A stretch of DNA of 30,987 bases from a virus (lineage: Duplodnaviria > Caudoviricetes): IMG/VR virus record IMGVR_UViG_3300020042_005696, positions 1-30,987 of that record; one strand, written 5' to 3'. The notes under the pieces are model-generated. The model saw only the letters and a program-made list of their open reading frames with translations, did no database searches and was not told the DNA's origin. This document shows, piece after piece, positions 1 through 8,610 of the stretch (positions are counted from its first letter, which is position 1; each line of letters starts with the position of its first letter). Both the position numbers and the translations under genes were made by a program.

Positions 1-1200
1 ATGGTTAGCGGCTTGAAAGTTCATGGAACACGACCATCGGCAGACGATCGATTGCGACTGTTTTTTCCAAATATCGAGGGGGACGACTCGCCGGAAGGAC
101 TAATCGGACTCGATGACATTGACGTTGTGCATATACCAGGGCTGTCGTTAAACGGCGTTACAGGCGTAGCACTTCGTGAGATCGCAGCTCGCAACCTTGG
201 TGCGTCCATCAACGCGGAAACGCGGCTAGCAAGCCAAATGCAGGACGGCTACAGCGGGAATATTATGTTTCAGGCCCCTCCTGGTGTTTTCCGCCAGCAA
301 AAGGACGCGGAAGAGTTTATCGAAGCGATCGAGAAGCGACATCACGGCACAAAGAAAGGCGGACGGCCTGGACTGTTGCGAGAAGGCATCACGGCGAACG
401 TCCTGTCGATGAACAACAAGGACGCTGAGATGATCGCAAACAGGCTATTCCAGCGTCAGGACGCTGCTTTGTACCTTGGACTTGAGTCAATTCTTGGAGA
501 CGATACGAGTGTCTCGTACAATTCACTTGAACAAAAAAACTTGGCGTACCTGATGAATTGTCTCAACCGTTGGCTGCGACGATGGGAGGAAGAATTGGAG
601 TGCAAGTTGCTTCCCAAGAAACAATTTGACAACGATACGCATTTCATCAAGTTTAATACCGCTGCATTGCTCAAATCTGACTTCCAAGCGACTGTTGCGG
701 CACTTTCTACGCTGGTTAACGCGACGATATTCAGTCGAAACGAGGCACGGGCTAAGATCGACATGAACCCAGTCGAGGGTGGTGACGAGTACGAAAATCC
801 TGCAATTACGCCAGGCAAGGGAGTGGCGGAAGAGCAGATGCCAAGCAAGAAAATGGATCCAAAAATGCCTGAGGAAATGGAAAAATCTGCTGTTCTCGCA
901 AGGATATCGCACTTAATCGGCGTAGAAGCGAACCGAGTCAAGCAAGCGGCGTCTGGCGAGGTTAATTTCCTGTCGTGGATGGATCGATTTTACGAGACGA
1001 ATTGGGAGTCCAACTTCGCGGACGCACTCGAAGAAATTAAGATCGATCGCGACGAATCTAGGATCCACTGCACGGAATCGAAACGGCAGTTACTCGCGGT
1101 TTGCACTGTGTCAAAGCCGGAAAACCTCGTGGAAAACGTTGCGAAATGCGTGGAAAACTGGAAAAACAGGGCTAACAAGATAGGGACAAAGCATGTTTAG
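1..1200 (+). CDS. Phage portal protein, HK97 family (probably 5'-truncated by the window edge), with C-terminal extension
   Basis: Portal-like motifs VVHIPGLSLNGVTG, SYNSLEQ, LRRWEEELECKLL, FIKFNTAALLKSD, SRNEARAKIDMNPVEGGD; directly upstream of protease and capsid genes. Confidence 0.92.
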   Translation: MVSGLKVHGTRPSADDRLRLFFPNIEGDDSPEGLIGLDDIDVVHIPGLSLNGVTGVALREIAARNLGASINAETRLASQMQDGYSGNIMFQAPPGVFRQQKDAEEFIEAIEKRHHGTKKGGRPGLLREGITANVLSMNNKDAEMIANRLFQRQDAALYLGLESILGDDTSVSYNSLEQKNLAYLMNCLNRWLRRWEEELECKLLPKKQFDNDTHFIKFNTAALLKSDFQATVAALSTLVNATIFSRNEARAKIDMNPVEGGDEYENPAITPGKGVAEEQMPSKKMDPKMPEEMEKSAVLARISHLIGVEANRVKQAASGEVNFLSWMDRFYETNWESNFADALEEIKIDRDESRIHCTESKRQLLAVCTVSKPENLVENVAKCVENWKNRANKIGTKHV

Positions 1201-1885
1201 TTACGATACCGACACTGGCGTCATAAATATCTACGACGAGATCGGGAGTGCATGGTGGGGAGGCATCGACGCTGAGGCTGTCAGCATCGCGTTAGACGCA
1301 ATGAAAGGACAGCCTGTTACTATCCGATTGAACACTCCTGGAGGCTCGGTTGACGAGGGAATAGCGATCTACAACCTTTTGAAACGCTATCCAGGTGGAG
1401 TAAATACGGTTGTTGACTCGCTAGCGGCTTCAATGGGGTCGTATTTACTCCAAGCTGGGAAGGTCCGGACGGTGGCATCAAATGCAATGGTGATGGTTCA
1501 CGATCCTTGGACTATTGCGATGGGTAACTCGACTGAGCTTAGAAAGGTAGCCGACATAACAGACAAGTATGCAGCACGCATGATCCCTGACTACGCGAAG
1601 CGAAGCGGCAAAACAGAGGACGAGATCAAGGTAATCATGGCCGACGAGTCATGGTATACAGGGCAAGAGGCTGTTGACGCTGGATTTGCGGATGCAATTG
1701 AGGTTGAATCGAACGTTGAACCTGTTGTTGCTGGCTTGCGGCACATTGCACGAAAGGTTCCAGATTCGCTAAAGCAACGGCAAATGGCGGCGGGCGATCG
1801 AACGCAATTCCCGAAGAGGCACGCTGCTAAGGCTAGTGGAATAACTTTGGCACAGGCGAAAGAAATGGCTCTGAGTGTTCGATGA
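1193..1885 (+). CDS. ClpP-like (S14) prohead maturation protease
   Basis: INIYDEIG, RLNTPGGSVDEGIAIYNLL, LAASMGS (catalytic Ser), MVHDPW (His), ESWYTGQEAVDAGFAD; overlaps portal stop. Confidence 0.93.
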   Translation: MFSYDTDTGVINIYDEIGSAWWGGIDAEAVSIALDAMKGQPVTIRLNTPGGSVDEGIAIYNLLKRYPGGVNTVVDSLAASMGSYLLQAGKVRTVASNAMVMVHDPWTIAMGNSTELRKVADITDKYAARMIPDYAKRSGKTEDEIKVIMADESWYTGQEAVDAGFADAIEVESNVEPVVAGLRHIARKVPDSLKQRQMAAGDRTQFPKRHAAKASGITLAQAKEMALSVR

Positions 1886-2340
1886 TGCGTAAACTAAACA
1901 TCGGCGGTGGGGTAAATCCGATTCCAGGCTACGACGTCATTGATCGGAATCAAGGAACGGAAGCCTACCCGTTGAGTTACGAGGATGGAATATTCCACGA
2001 GGTTCGGGCGTCGCATATCCTCGAACACTTCGAACGTAAGTTGTTGATTCCAGTACTGAAAGAATGGATTCGCGTGTTGAAACCGAATGGCATTTTGCAG
2101 ATATCGGTTCCTGATTTTAACTGGTTGCTACAACATCTCGAACACCCATTATTCCAGGCTTGGTTGATGGGTGGGCAGACAGACGAAAACGATTTTCACA
2201 AGTCCCTATTCACGGACAACATATTGCGTGAGCTGTTTGCATTGTGCGGTTTGGTCGATGTGCAATCGTGGGAAGGTAGTCCGCTGGATTGTTCTGGTTT
2301 TGAACTTTCGCTTAACCTGCAAGGCATGAAGCCTGTTTGA
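1882..2340 (+). CDS. Class I SAM-dependent methyltransferase (Methyltransf_11-like, small)
   Basis: KLNIGGG motif I, ASHILEHF, LKEWIRVLKPNGILQISVPD; ATGA overlap with protease stop. Confidence 0.85.
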   Translation: MMRKLNIGGGVNPIPGYDVIDRNQGTEAYPLSYEDGIFHEVRASHILEHFERKLLIPVLKEWIRVLKPNGILQISVPDFNWLLQHLEHPLFQAWLMGGQTDENDFHKSLFTDNILRELFALCGLVDVQSWEGSPLDCSGFELSLNLQGMKPV

Positions 2341-2600
2341 TTGCTTTATTTGGGTGTAGGTATTAAAATAACGAAGGTACCACGGTAGCTTGGCTGTCCA
2401 GATGGGCGACGCTAGCCAAATCATTTAATAGCTCAGAGTGGAACGGAACGGAATGGAAAAAGTTTCCAATCCCTATTGCAGAGTTTTCGATTTATAATGT
2501 TGAGAACTGGGGTATTTCCTACAAAGAAATGTTCGCTTCAATCGGCTTTCGCTTTACTGGGCAAAGAATTGAAACTTACTTGACTCGAACCGTCGAATAG
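2337..2600 (+). pseudogene. Possible interrupted small gene (TTG start overlapping methyltransferase stop, in-frame TAA at 2364-2366)
   Basis: Frame reads LIALFGCRY*NNEGTTVAWLSRWATLAKSFNSSEWNGTEWKKFPIPIAEFSIYNVENWGISYKEMFASIGFRFTGQRIETYLTRTVE*; fills an otherwise empty gap in a densely coded genome. Confidence 0.35.
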
Positions 2601-2620
2601 CGTAAGAATAAAGACTCAAC

Positions 2621-2758
2621 GCGGGCAATCCCGCACAAAATCCAAGCGATCCACCAGACTCTTCAGCAGCGTGGCTAAGCGACGGAAACGAATATTTTTT
2701 GTTTCAATGTCGCAGGCCTAACCTGCTTTTTGCATTTAATGGCCTGCCAAATAGGAGG
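2621..2758 (+). promoter_or_regulatory. Structured 5' leader and RBS of the major capsid gene
   Basis: Hairpin GCGGG-CAAT-CCCGC (2621-2634); GCGAC/GTCGC stem (2679-2713) with inner GAAAC/GTTTC; GCAGG/CCTGC+TTTTT (2712-2731) alternative to GCAGGCC/GGCCTGC (2712-2747); AGGAGG at 2753-2758. Confidence 0.5.
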
Positions 2759-2764
2759 TCATTT

Positions 2765-4135
2765 ATGAAGACTGCACGCGAAATACAAGATTCGCTGAAT
2801 GAGATTCGTGACGAATTGGACGCAATCATTGCTGTTGCGGAAAAAGAAGAACGCGAACTCAACGCGGAAGAATCTAAGCGAGTTACTGAAATCGTTGACG
2901 TTATTGTCCCGGAACAAAACCGTCAGTTAGTCACAGCAACAAAGATCGATCGCGAACGAGCACAACGCTCTGCGAAGCGAATGAATGAAGAAATCGAAGC
3001 CAATCAAGCGGCTGCTGGCATCGACACCAAAGCAAACATGAACGTTGGTAGGTTCGGTGCGATCAAGATCCCAGCGAGGGCGAAAGTACACGGGCCTTTG
3101 CGTGCCTATCAAGGCGAAAACGCTCAGAGAGATGCGTACATCGCAGGCAATGTCATTCTAGCTGGCATGTACGGTAGCGAGTCAGCTTCGCAATTTTGCC
3201 GCAATCATGGCTTGCAGATAAATGCATCCATGACAACTAGCGACAATTCCAAAGGTGGCTTTCTAGTCCCAGACGAAATGTCGGCGGCACTGATTCGATT
3301 GCGCGAAGAACGCGGCGTATTTCCTCAGTATGCCAATCGCGTACCGATGGGATCGGACATCATTCGCGTGCCTCGGTTATTGACTGACGTTACAGCGTAC
3401 TGGACTGGCGAAACAGCAGAAATAACCGCTAGCGATGCAGTCATGGGCGATGCGGAATTGATGGCTCGTAAGTTGTCGGCGTTAACAAAGGTTTCGTCTG
3501 AGTTAGACGAGGAAGCTGTAATTGACATCGGCGATCTGATTACGCAGTCGATGGCCTACGCAATGGCTGACAAGATTGACGAAGCAGGATTCAACGGCGA
3601 CGGCACGTCAACCTACGGCGGTGTGCTTGGTCTTAAAAACGCGCTTAGTTCTAGTGCAACATCTACCGCAGCAACTGGCAACGATGCGGCAACTAATCTG
3701 GACTTAGTTGACTTCGAAGCGGCCATTGGAATGTATCCGCAATACAGCGGAGCATCGCCAAGGTGGTTCATGCACTCGGCATTCTATTGGGCTTCGGCTG
3801 CAAGGTTGATGGACGCTGCTGGTGGGAACACAAACATGACTATCGGAAACGGTCCCCCAGTCACGATGTTCCTCGGATATCCAGTTACGTTTGCACAAGT
3901 GCTTTTTAGCACTACGACAACGTCAGCCTCAACGATTTATGGTTACTTTGGCGACTTGCGATTGGGAGCGACATACGGAACCAGGAGACAAGCCAGAACA
4001 GAAGTTTCCACAGAGCGATATTTTGAAAACGATTTGATCGGTATCAAAACAACCGAGCGAATTGCAATCAACATTCACGAACGGGGCGACTCGATTCGAA
4101 CACGGCCAATCATCGCTTTGAAAACCGCTGCGTAA
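2765..4135 (+). CDS. Major capsid protein, HK97 fold, with N-terminal coiled-coil delta (scaffold) domain
   Basis: ATG 2765 after AGGAGG; N-terminal coiled coil, GGFLVPDEM, AYWTGE, KVSSELDEE, FNGDGT, LGYPV, YFGDL, RYFENDLIGIKTTER. Confidence 0.95.
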   Translation: MKTAREIQDSLNEIRDELDAIIAVAEKEERELNAEESKRVTEIVDVIVPEQNRQLVTATKIDRERAQRSAKRMNEEIEANQAAAGIDTKANMNVGRFGAIKIPARAKVHGPLRAYQGENAQRDAYIAGNVILAGMYGSESASQFCRNHGLQINASMTTSDNSKGGFLVPDEMSAALIRLREERGVFPQYANRVPMGSDIIRVPRLLTDVTAYWTGETAEITASDAVMGDAELMARKLSALTKVSSELDEEAVIDIGDLITQSMAYAMADKIDEAGFNGDGTSTYGGVLGLKNALSSSATSTAATGNDAATNLDLVDFEAAIGMYPQYSGASPRWFMHSAFYWASAARLMDAAGGNTNMTIGNGPPVTMFLGYPVTFAQVLFSTTTTSASTIYGYFGDLRLGATYGTRRQARTEVSTERYFENDLIGIKTTERIAINIHERGDSIRTRPIIALKTAA

Positions 4136-4170
4136 TCAACGAACAACAAAAAGAAAAGAGGATCAATTAC

Positions 4171-4590
4171 ATGAAACCAACTTTAGGAACTGACAGCGTA
4201 CTGCTGGCACCTATAACTGCCGTGACGACTGCACGGACTGCAAACCTAGATACATCTGGTGCAAACTATGCGACTATCAGAGTTATTTTGGGTGCTGAGC
4301 TTAATACGAATTCAACCAATGTCGCTATTTCGCTGTCTGAATCGAACGACACTGTTGTGAGCAACTTCGCAACGTTTAACGCATCGTTTAATCGCACAGT
4401 GGATAACACTGCTGGGCAGATTGCTACATCCCACGTTGATCTCGACGGACGCAAGAAAGTCATTAGACTGACTCTCACGCCAGACACCACGACGAACGGG
4501 CCGATTTTGAGTGCTGCTAGCGCTACGTTGTACAAGGATGTTATTACCGACTCGGCGACAATGCTAGGTCCAGACGTAGTGGTAGGGTAA
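4171..4590 (+). CDS. Putative capsid decoration/cement protein
   Basis: Small Thr-rich beta-type protein right after the capsid gene with RBS AGAGGA; pattern LSES.D...F and RKKVIRL resembles post-capsid accessory proteins. Confidence 0.5.
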   Translation: MKPTLGTDSVLLAPITAVTTARTANLDTSGANYATIRVILGAELNTNSTNVAISLSESNDTVVSNFATFNASFNRTVDNTAGQIATSHVDLDGRKKVIRLTLTPDTTTNGPILSAASATLYKDVITDSATMLGPDVVVG

Positions 4591-4600
4591 GGAAAAAAGC

Positions 4601-5326
4601 ATGGGCCATAGAGACGTTACCATAACGGCACTGATGACAGCCGGGAGGTATGAAAATACCTGGTGTCGCACGCACATTGAATTTGCATTGCGAGAACTCG
4701 GCATACCATTGGTGGTGAGTGGCGGCGTCTACTATGGGCAGTGCATGCAAAATATGCTGACTGATGCAATTGCGAATAAGACAGAATTCGCAGTTACGAT
4801 AGATGGCGATTCGGTATTTACTGCATCGCAATTACGGCGATTGATTTCAATCGCTGCTCAAGAGTCGCAAACTATTGACGCTATTTGCGGAATGCAAGTT
4901 CGGCGAGGAGCGAAAACGGCTTTAGGGACGATTGAAGGATCAGACGGGTATAACTGGAATGGATATCCGATGAAGGTCGACACTGCCCATTTTGGATTGA
5001 CTGTTATAAACCTAGCGAAGCTCGCAAATACTGCTAAGCCTTGGTTCTATTGTCGTCCTAATGCGGACGGCGATTGGACTGGAAACAAACTCGATTCTGA
5101 CGTTTGGTTTTGGAAGCAATGGAAAGCCTCTGGCCACTCAATTTACATGGACCCTGGTTGTCGAATCGGGCACCTTGAAGAAATGATCGTAATGCATGAT
5201 GCATCGATGGCCATTGACCATATTTACCCTGTTGATTGGGTGGAAGCGAATAAGAAACGTGAAGACGATAAAACTGCTAAAACAGTGGAAGAGACATTTG
5301 ATAGGGCACACGCTGACGTTGCATGA
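4601..5326 (+). CDS. Glycosyltransferase, GT-A fold (GT2-like)
   Basis: DxD motif VTIDGDSVF, AHFGLTVINL, acidic DSDVWFW, IYMDPGCRIGHLE are typical of phage GT-A proteins. Confidence 0.75.
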   Translation: MGHRDVTITALMTAGRYENTWCRTHIEFALRELGIPLVVSGGVYYGQCMQNMLTDAIANKTEFAVTIDGDSVFTASQLRRLISIAAQESQTIDAICGMQVRRGAKTALGTIEGSDGYNWNGYPMKVDTAHFGLTVINLAKLANTAKPWFYCRPNADGDWTGNKLDSDVWFWKQWKASGHSIYMDPGCRIGHLEEMIVMHDASMAIDHIYPVDWVEANKKREDDKTAKTVEETFDRAHADVA

Positions 5327-5492
5327 CGGCGTTGCGAATTTGTTGGTAGAGAGACGAAGGATTGCTGAATATGTCATCGACATGCCAACGATTAGTTGCG
5401 GAAATAGTCACGCGACCGACGCAGGAACCGATCACGCTGGAGCAAGCAAAGAAGCAAGTCGAAATAGCGACAAGCGACGACAACCACGATGA
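5259..5492 (+). CDS. Small hypothetical head-module protein overlapping both neighbours
   Basis: GTG 5259: KTIKLLKQWKRHLIGHTLTLHDGVANLLVERRRIAE plus basic tail; resembles small proteins often found between capsid and head-tail connector. Confidence 0.5.
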   Translation: MKTIKLLKQWKRHLIGHTLTLHDGVANLLVERRRIAEYVIDMPTISCGNSHATDAGTDHAGASKEASRNSDKRRQPR

Positions 5493-5958
5493 CCACTTGA
5501 GAGATCTGATTCAGTCGGCACGTGAGCAATGGGAAGTTGATACGGATACTGCTTGCTGTACACAAACCTGGCGAGTTAAGGCAGAGTACTTCCACGACGG
5601 CTTGGTGCTGCCAAAGAGACCTGTTCAGTCGATAACGTCGATCCAGTATTACGACGGATATAACGTGCTGCAAACGATGTCTTCATCGATCTACCAACTA
5701 GATTCTGCGAAGAGTCAGTTGCGTATCCAGTACCAGCAAGTTATCCCAATGACGCTAGGCCGATTTGATGATTGGACGATAACCTACGTTGCTGGCTATA
5801 GCGTTGACGGTAGATACGTGCCTGGCGTCGCTAAACGTGCGATGCTATTGCACGTCGGGTACCACTTCGACGGCAATCGCGGCGACAACGACAAAGCATC
5901 AGACATGGGGCAATACGAAAAGCTAGTTGCACGCTACATCCGGAGCACGTATCCGTGA
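5371..5958 (+). CDS. Head-tail connector (gp6-like/phiE125 gp8-like)
   Basis: PTQEPITLEQAKKQV, DDHLRDLIQSARE, TQTW, LPKRPVQSITSIQYYD, ITYVAGY, KRAMLLHVGYHF. Confidence 0.88.
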   Translation: MSSTCQRLVAEIVTRPTQEPITLEQAKKQVEIATSDDNHDDHLRDLIQSAREQWEVDTDTACCTQTWRVKAEYFHDGLVLPKRPVQSITSIQYYDGYNVLQTMSSSIYQLDSAKSQLRIQYQQVIPMTLGRFDDWTITYVAGYSVDGRYVPGVAKRAMLLHVGYHFDGNRGDNDKASDMGQYEKLVARYIRSTYP

Positions 5959-6275
5959 AAAACAAGACTAGTGCGATGCGGTATCGGATTGACGTTAAAG
6001 AGCAAGTGGAAACGCTTGACGATACCGGAGAGCCGATTGTCACTTGGGTAGACTTTTTAGCTGAGGAGCCAGCGGAGTTTATTCCAACTGGCGGACTGGA
6101 GTCCTATCGAGGTAAGCAACTCGAAGCAGGAACAAAAGCTATTTTTCGCGTGCGATATCGAGAAGGCTACACAACGCAAATGAGCTTTATGTTCGATGGG
6201 ACGCGCTACGGAATAACGCATATCAACCCAGTCGATGGGATGCGACGTTTTATTGATTTGTTGGTGGCTACATGA
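5955..6275 (+). CDS. Head closure / head-tail adaptor (SPP1 gp16-like)
   Basis: MRYRIDV, DDTGEPIVTW, FRVRYREGYTTQM, DGTRYGITHI; synteny; GTGA overlap. Confidence 0.85.
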   Translation: MKNKTSAMRYRIDVKEQVETLDDTGEPIVTWVDFLAEEPAEFIPTGGLESYRGKQLEAGTKAIFRVRYREGYTTQMSFMFDGTRYGITHINPVDGMRRFIDLLVAT

Positions 6276-6778
6276 GTTTAGCACTTGAATTGAAAATTGA
6301 ATTCGACGAAGCGGTAATTGCAAAATTGCTTCAAATGCCTTTGCTTTTGCGACTCGCTCCGGCAGAACGCATTCTTAAAGCGATGGCAAAACCAATCGCA
6401 GTAAAAGGTAAAGAGTTGGCACCGAGTTCGCGTAAATCTGGAGAACGCAACAGATGGGGCAAGAAATATACAAGCAACGCTGCATACCAAAATGACTCTG
6501 GTAAGTCGATCGGATACGCATTTCGGAAAACAGAAACCGGAGGCTATCTAATCGTTGGCGGACTCTATCCGCAAGCAAATAAGCAAAACTACGACTCGGG
6601 CAAGGACAGAACAATCAAGCTTTGGGGTCACAACCCAGTCAAGTACCCAATCACAGTCAAGCGAGTCGATCCAAAAGATCGCTTTATGCAACGCGCATTT
6701 GACGAGACTCGCGACGCTCAATTATCTGCCGGATTTAAGCAGTTGGAAACCGAAATAAAGGAACTGAAACTTGGCTAA
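6272..6778 (+). CDS. HK97 gp10-like tail completion protein
   Basis: KELAP..SG and C-terminal RFMQRAFDE motif; synteny. Confidence 0.7.
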   Translation: MSLALELKIEFDEAVIAKLLQMPLLLRLAPAERILKAMAKPIAVKGKELAPSSRKSGERNRWGKKYTSNAAYQNDSGKSIGYAFRKTETGGYLIVGGLYPQANKQNYDSGKDRTIKLWGHNPVKYPITVKRVDPKDRFMQRAFDETRDAQLSAGFKQLETEIKELKLG

Positions 6779-7106
6779 AAACTTACGGCTAACTGATACG
6801 GTTGTCATCGCGAACGGTGGAACTGTCTCTACAACGCTGACGCTGGAAAACAGTCGAGTACCGCTAGCGATACTCATTCCGGCTGCGATGACATCTACAG
6901 CGATGACATTCAAGGCATCGAACGACAACGTTACGTTTTATCCGATCTATTACGAGTCTACATCCTATTCAGTGACAGTCCCGACTGGAGCTGTGCGAAT
7001 GATCGCGCTTAATCGCTTGGCATTCGAAGGGGTTAAGTATTTCCAAGTTGTCGGTGGCTCGGCGGAAGGTGCGGCGAGAACAATCGGAGTAATAAGCGGC
7101 GAATGA
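6771..7106 (+). CDS. Hypothetical beta-rich virion protein
   Basis: TTG start overlapping previous gene; IPAAMTSTAMTFKASND..TF motif; within neck gene cluster. Confidence 0.6.
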   Translation: MAKNLRLTDTVVIANGGTVSTTLTLENSRVPLAILIPAAMTSTAMTFKASNDNVTFYPIYYESTSYSVTVPTGAVRMIALNRLAFEGVKYFQVVGGSAEGAARTIGVISGE

Positions 7107-7525
7107 CAAGCGACGTCGGAAAAGCATTGCGAACGAAACTACTAAGCTACGCGGCTGTGACTGCGTTAGTAGGTCAACGCATGTATCCAGACGTACTCGT
7201 TCAAAATGCCACGACACCGGCAATTGTTTATTCAAAGATATCAACCAGGCGCGACCACGCATTGAGCGACGTAACGCGGCTAGCACATGCTCGATTCCAA
7301 TTCGATTGCATTGGCACTTCGCGAGAAAACGCGAACGACTTATCGCATGCAATTCGACGTAGCGGGATATGTGCATACCAGGGCACTACAACCGGTATTT
7401 ACTTTTGCGGAACCGAAATTGATAGCGGTGATTCCTACGGTACCGATGGGCCGACAGACGGTAACCAAGTCTATCGGTACTACACGACTTTTGATCTGTT
7501 AATCCACTATTTGGAGGAGGCATAA
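7103..7525 (+). CDS. Tail terminator (DUF3168-like)
   Basis: AAVTALVGQRMYP, PAIVYSKIS, ARFQFDC; directly before tail tube gene. Confidence 0.82.
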   Translation: MTSDVGKALRTKLLSYAAVTALVGQRMYPDVLVQNATTPAIVYSKISTRRDHALSDVTRLAHARFQFDCIGTSRENANDLSHAIRRSGICAYQGTTTGIYFCGTEIDSGDSYGTDGPTDGNQVYRYYTTFDLLIHYLEEA

Positions 7526-7929
7526 TGGCTTTATTAACTAGCCCGATAACCGGCAACGGAACCACGTTTGCGGTAACTACTGCAACGTCTCAAGTAACTT
7601 TTGTGAAAAAGATTTCAGGCTTGGAAACAATGCTTGGAGAATTTAGCACGTCGGTTCTAGCGACAACTGGCTTTGCAGAACGCAAAAAACTAGACTTGGC
7701 AGATCCTGGAAAAGTTAATATTGAGTGCTTCCACATTGGTTCGGAAACAACTCTTGGTTCGACAGGGACGGCAACGATTACTTATCCAGGTGCTGGGTCT
7801 CTTACCGGCACCGGGTGGATATCCAAACTGAAAATGCCGGACGCAGAAAACGGAACAGCTCTATCTACCAATATCGAATGGACTTTTGACGGGCTTACTG
7901 GACCTACTATTACTTGGTTGACTCCATGA
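7525..7929 (+). CDS. Tail tube (major tail) protein
   Basis: GNGTTF start, DLADPGKVNIE, ATITYP, LTGTGWIS; RBS GGAGGAGG; synteny. Confidence 0.8.
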   Translation: MALLTSPITGNGTTFAVTTATSQVTFVKKISGLETMLGEFSTSVLATTGFAERKKLDLADPGKVNIECFHIGSETTLGSTGTATITYPGAGSLTGTGWISKLKMPDAENGTALSTNIEWTFDGLTGPTITWLTP

Positions 7930-8243
7930 TGAAAGTCGAACTTGTACCATACATTGGAATTCGATTCGACGGGCTGAAAGTCGAGTGGAAACAGTGGCAA
8001 GTATTTGCAACTGGAGCCAATGGCAATAGAGTCTTGGTTGGCTATCTCCCTCATGATGAAAGCCAAGCGATCATGATGCTGTGTAACCAGCCATTCAATA
8101 TCCTGAAAGAGATCATTGAGAAGTGCGAAGCGATAACCGGACGCAAGGTTATTTCTCCAGTCCCAATTTACGAACCACCGGCGATTGATAACGACGCTGG
8201 GGATGAAGATACCGAAGAATTCGAAGAGGACGACGAAGAGTGA
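7926..8243 (+). CDS. Hypothetical protein with acidic C-terminal tail
   Basis: ATGA overlap with tail tube stop; ends DEDTEEFEEDDEE. Confidence 0.6.
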   Translation: MMKVELVPYIGIRFDGLKVEWKQWQVFATGANGNRVLVGYLPHDESQAIMMLCNQPFNILKEIIEKCEAITGRKVISPVPIYEPPAIDNDAGDEDTEEFEEDDEE

Positions 8244-8593
8244 ATAAGCAAGAGATCGAAGACGTTATAAACCTTCCACCGCAATGCGAGACAGTCATTT
8301 ACAAAGGAAAGCCGTTTCGTTTGCGTGAGTTGACTGAAGAACAAGGAGTTGATTACGAACTCGCATTGCAAGACAAAAAAGGCAAGTTCGACATTGCTCG
8401 TATGCGTCGTGCATTGATTGCTTATTGCTTAGTTGACGACGATGGCAACCGGGTTATCAGCGATCCAGATCAACTAAAAACGATGCGGCGTTCTCTGGCT
8501 TCATTCCTGTTTCAACGCTGCCAGGCGCTAAACAACTACGACGAGAACGAACTTGAGGGACTAATAAAAAACTCCGAAGAAGCCGGAAGCTAA
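8240..8593 (+). CDS. Tail assembly chaperone (lambda G-like)
   Basis: FRLRELT, LIAYCLVDDDGNRV, ends LIKNS; upstream of tape measure; slippery site near the 3' end. Confidence 0.82.
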   Translation: MNKQEIEDVINLPPQCETVIYKGKPFRLRELTEEQGVDYELALQDKKGKFDIARMRRALIAYCLVDDDGNRVISDPDQLKTMRRSLASFLFQRCQALNNYDENELEGLIKNSEEAGS

Positions 8594-8610
8594 GACTAGC
8601 TTACCGGCTT
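8566..8610 (+). promoter_or_regulatory. Programmed -1 ribosomal frameshift signal (slippery heptamer plus hairpin)
   Basis: A AAA AAC at 8566-8572, 7-nt spacer, hairpin AAGCCGG-AAGCTA-agac-TAGCTT-A-CCGGCTT (8580-8610); -1 frame open to 8976. Confidence 0.85.

Noticed and set aside
2429-2500. TAGCTCAG resembling a tRNA D-arm
   Set aside because: No acceptor stem, anticodon arm or properly placed GTTCGA T-loop can be built.
2580-2609. TTGACT as -35 of a capsid promoter
   Set aside because: The -10 candidates (TAAGAA or AAGAAT) are poor; not supportable without TSS data.
2621-2758. Known riboswitch (SAM, c-di-GMP) in the capsid leader
   Set aside because: The conserved core nucleotides of those classes are not present; kept only as an unclassified structured leader.
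2699-2764. Upstream start given by the track for the capsid (likewise 15321, 15476, 21424, 22492, 24107)
   Set aside because: Downstream starts have an RBS or stop-start overlap and fit the family N-termini better.
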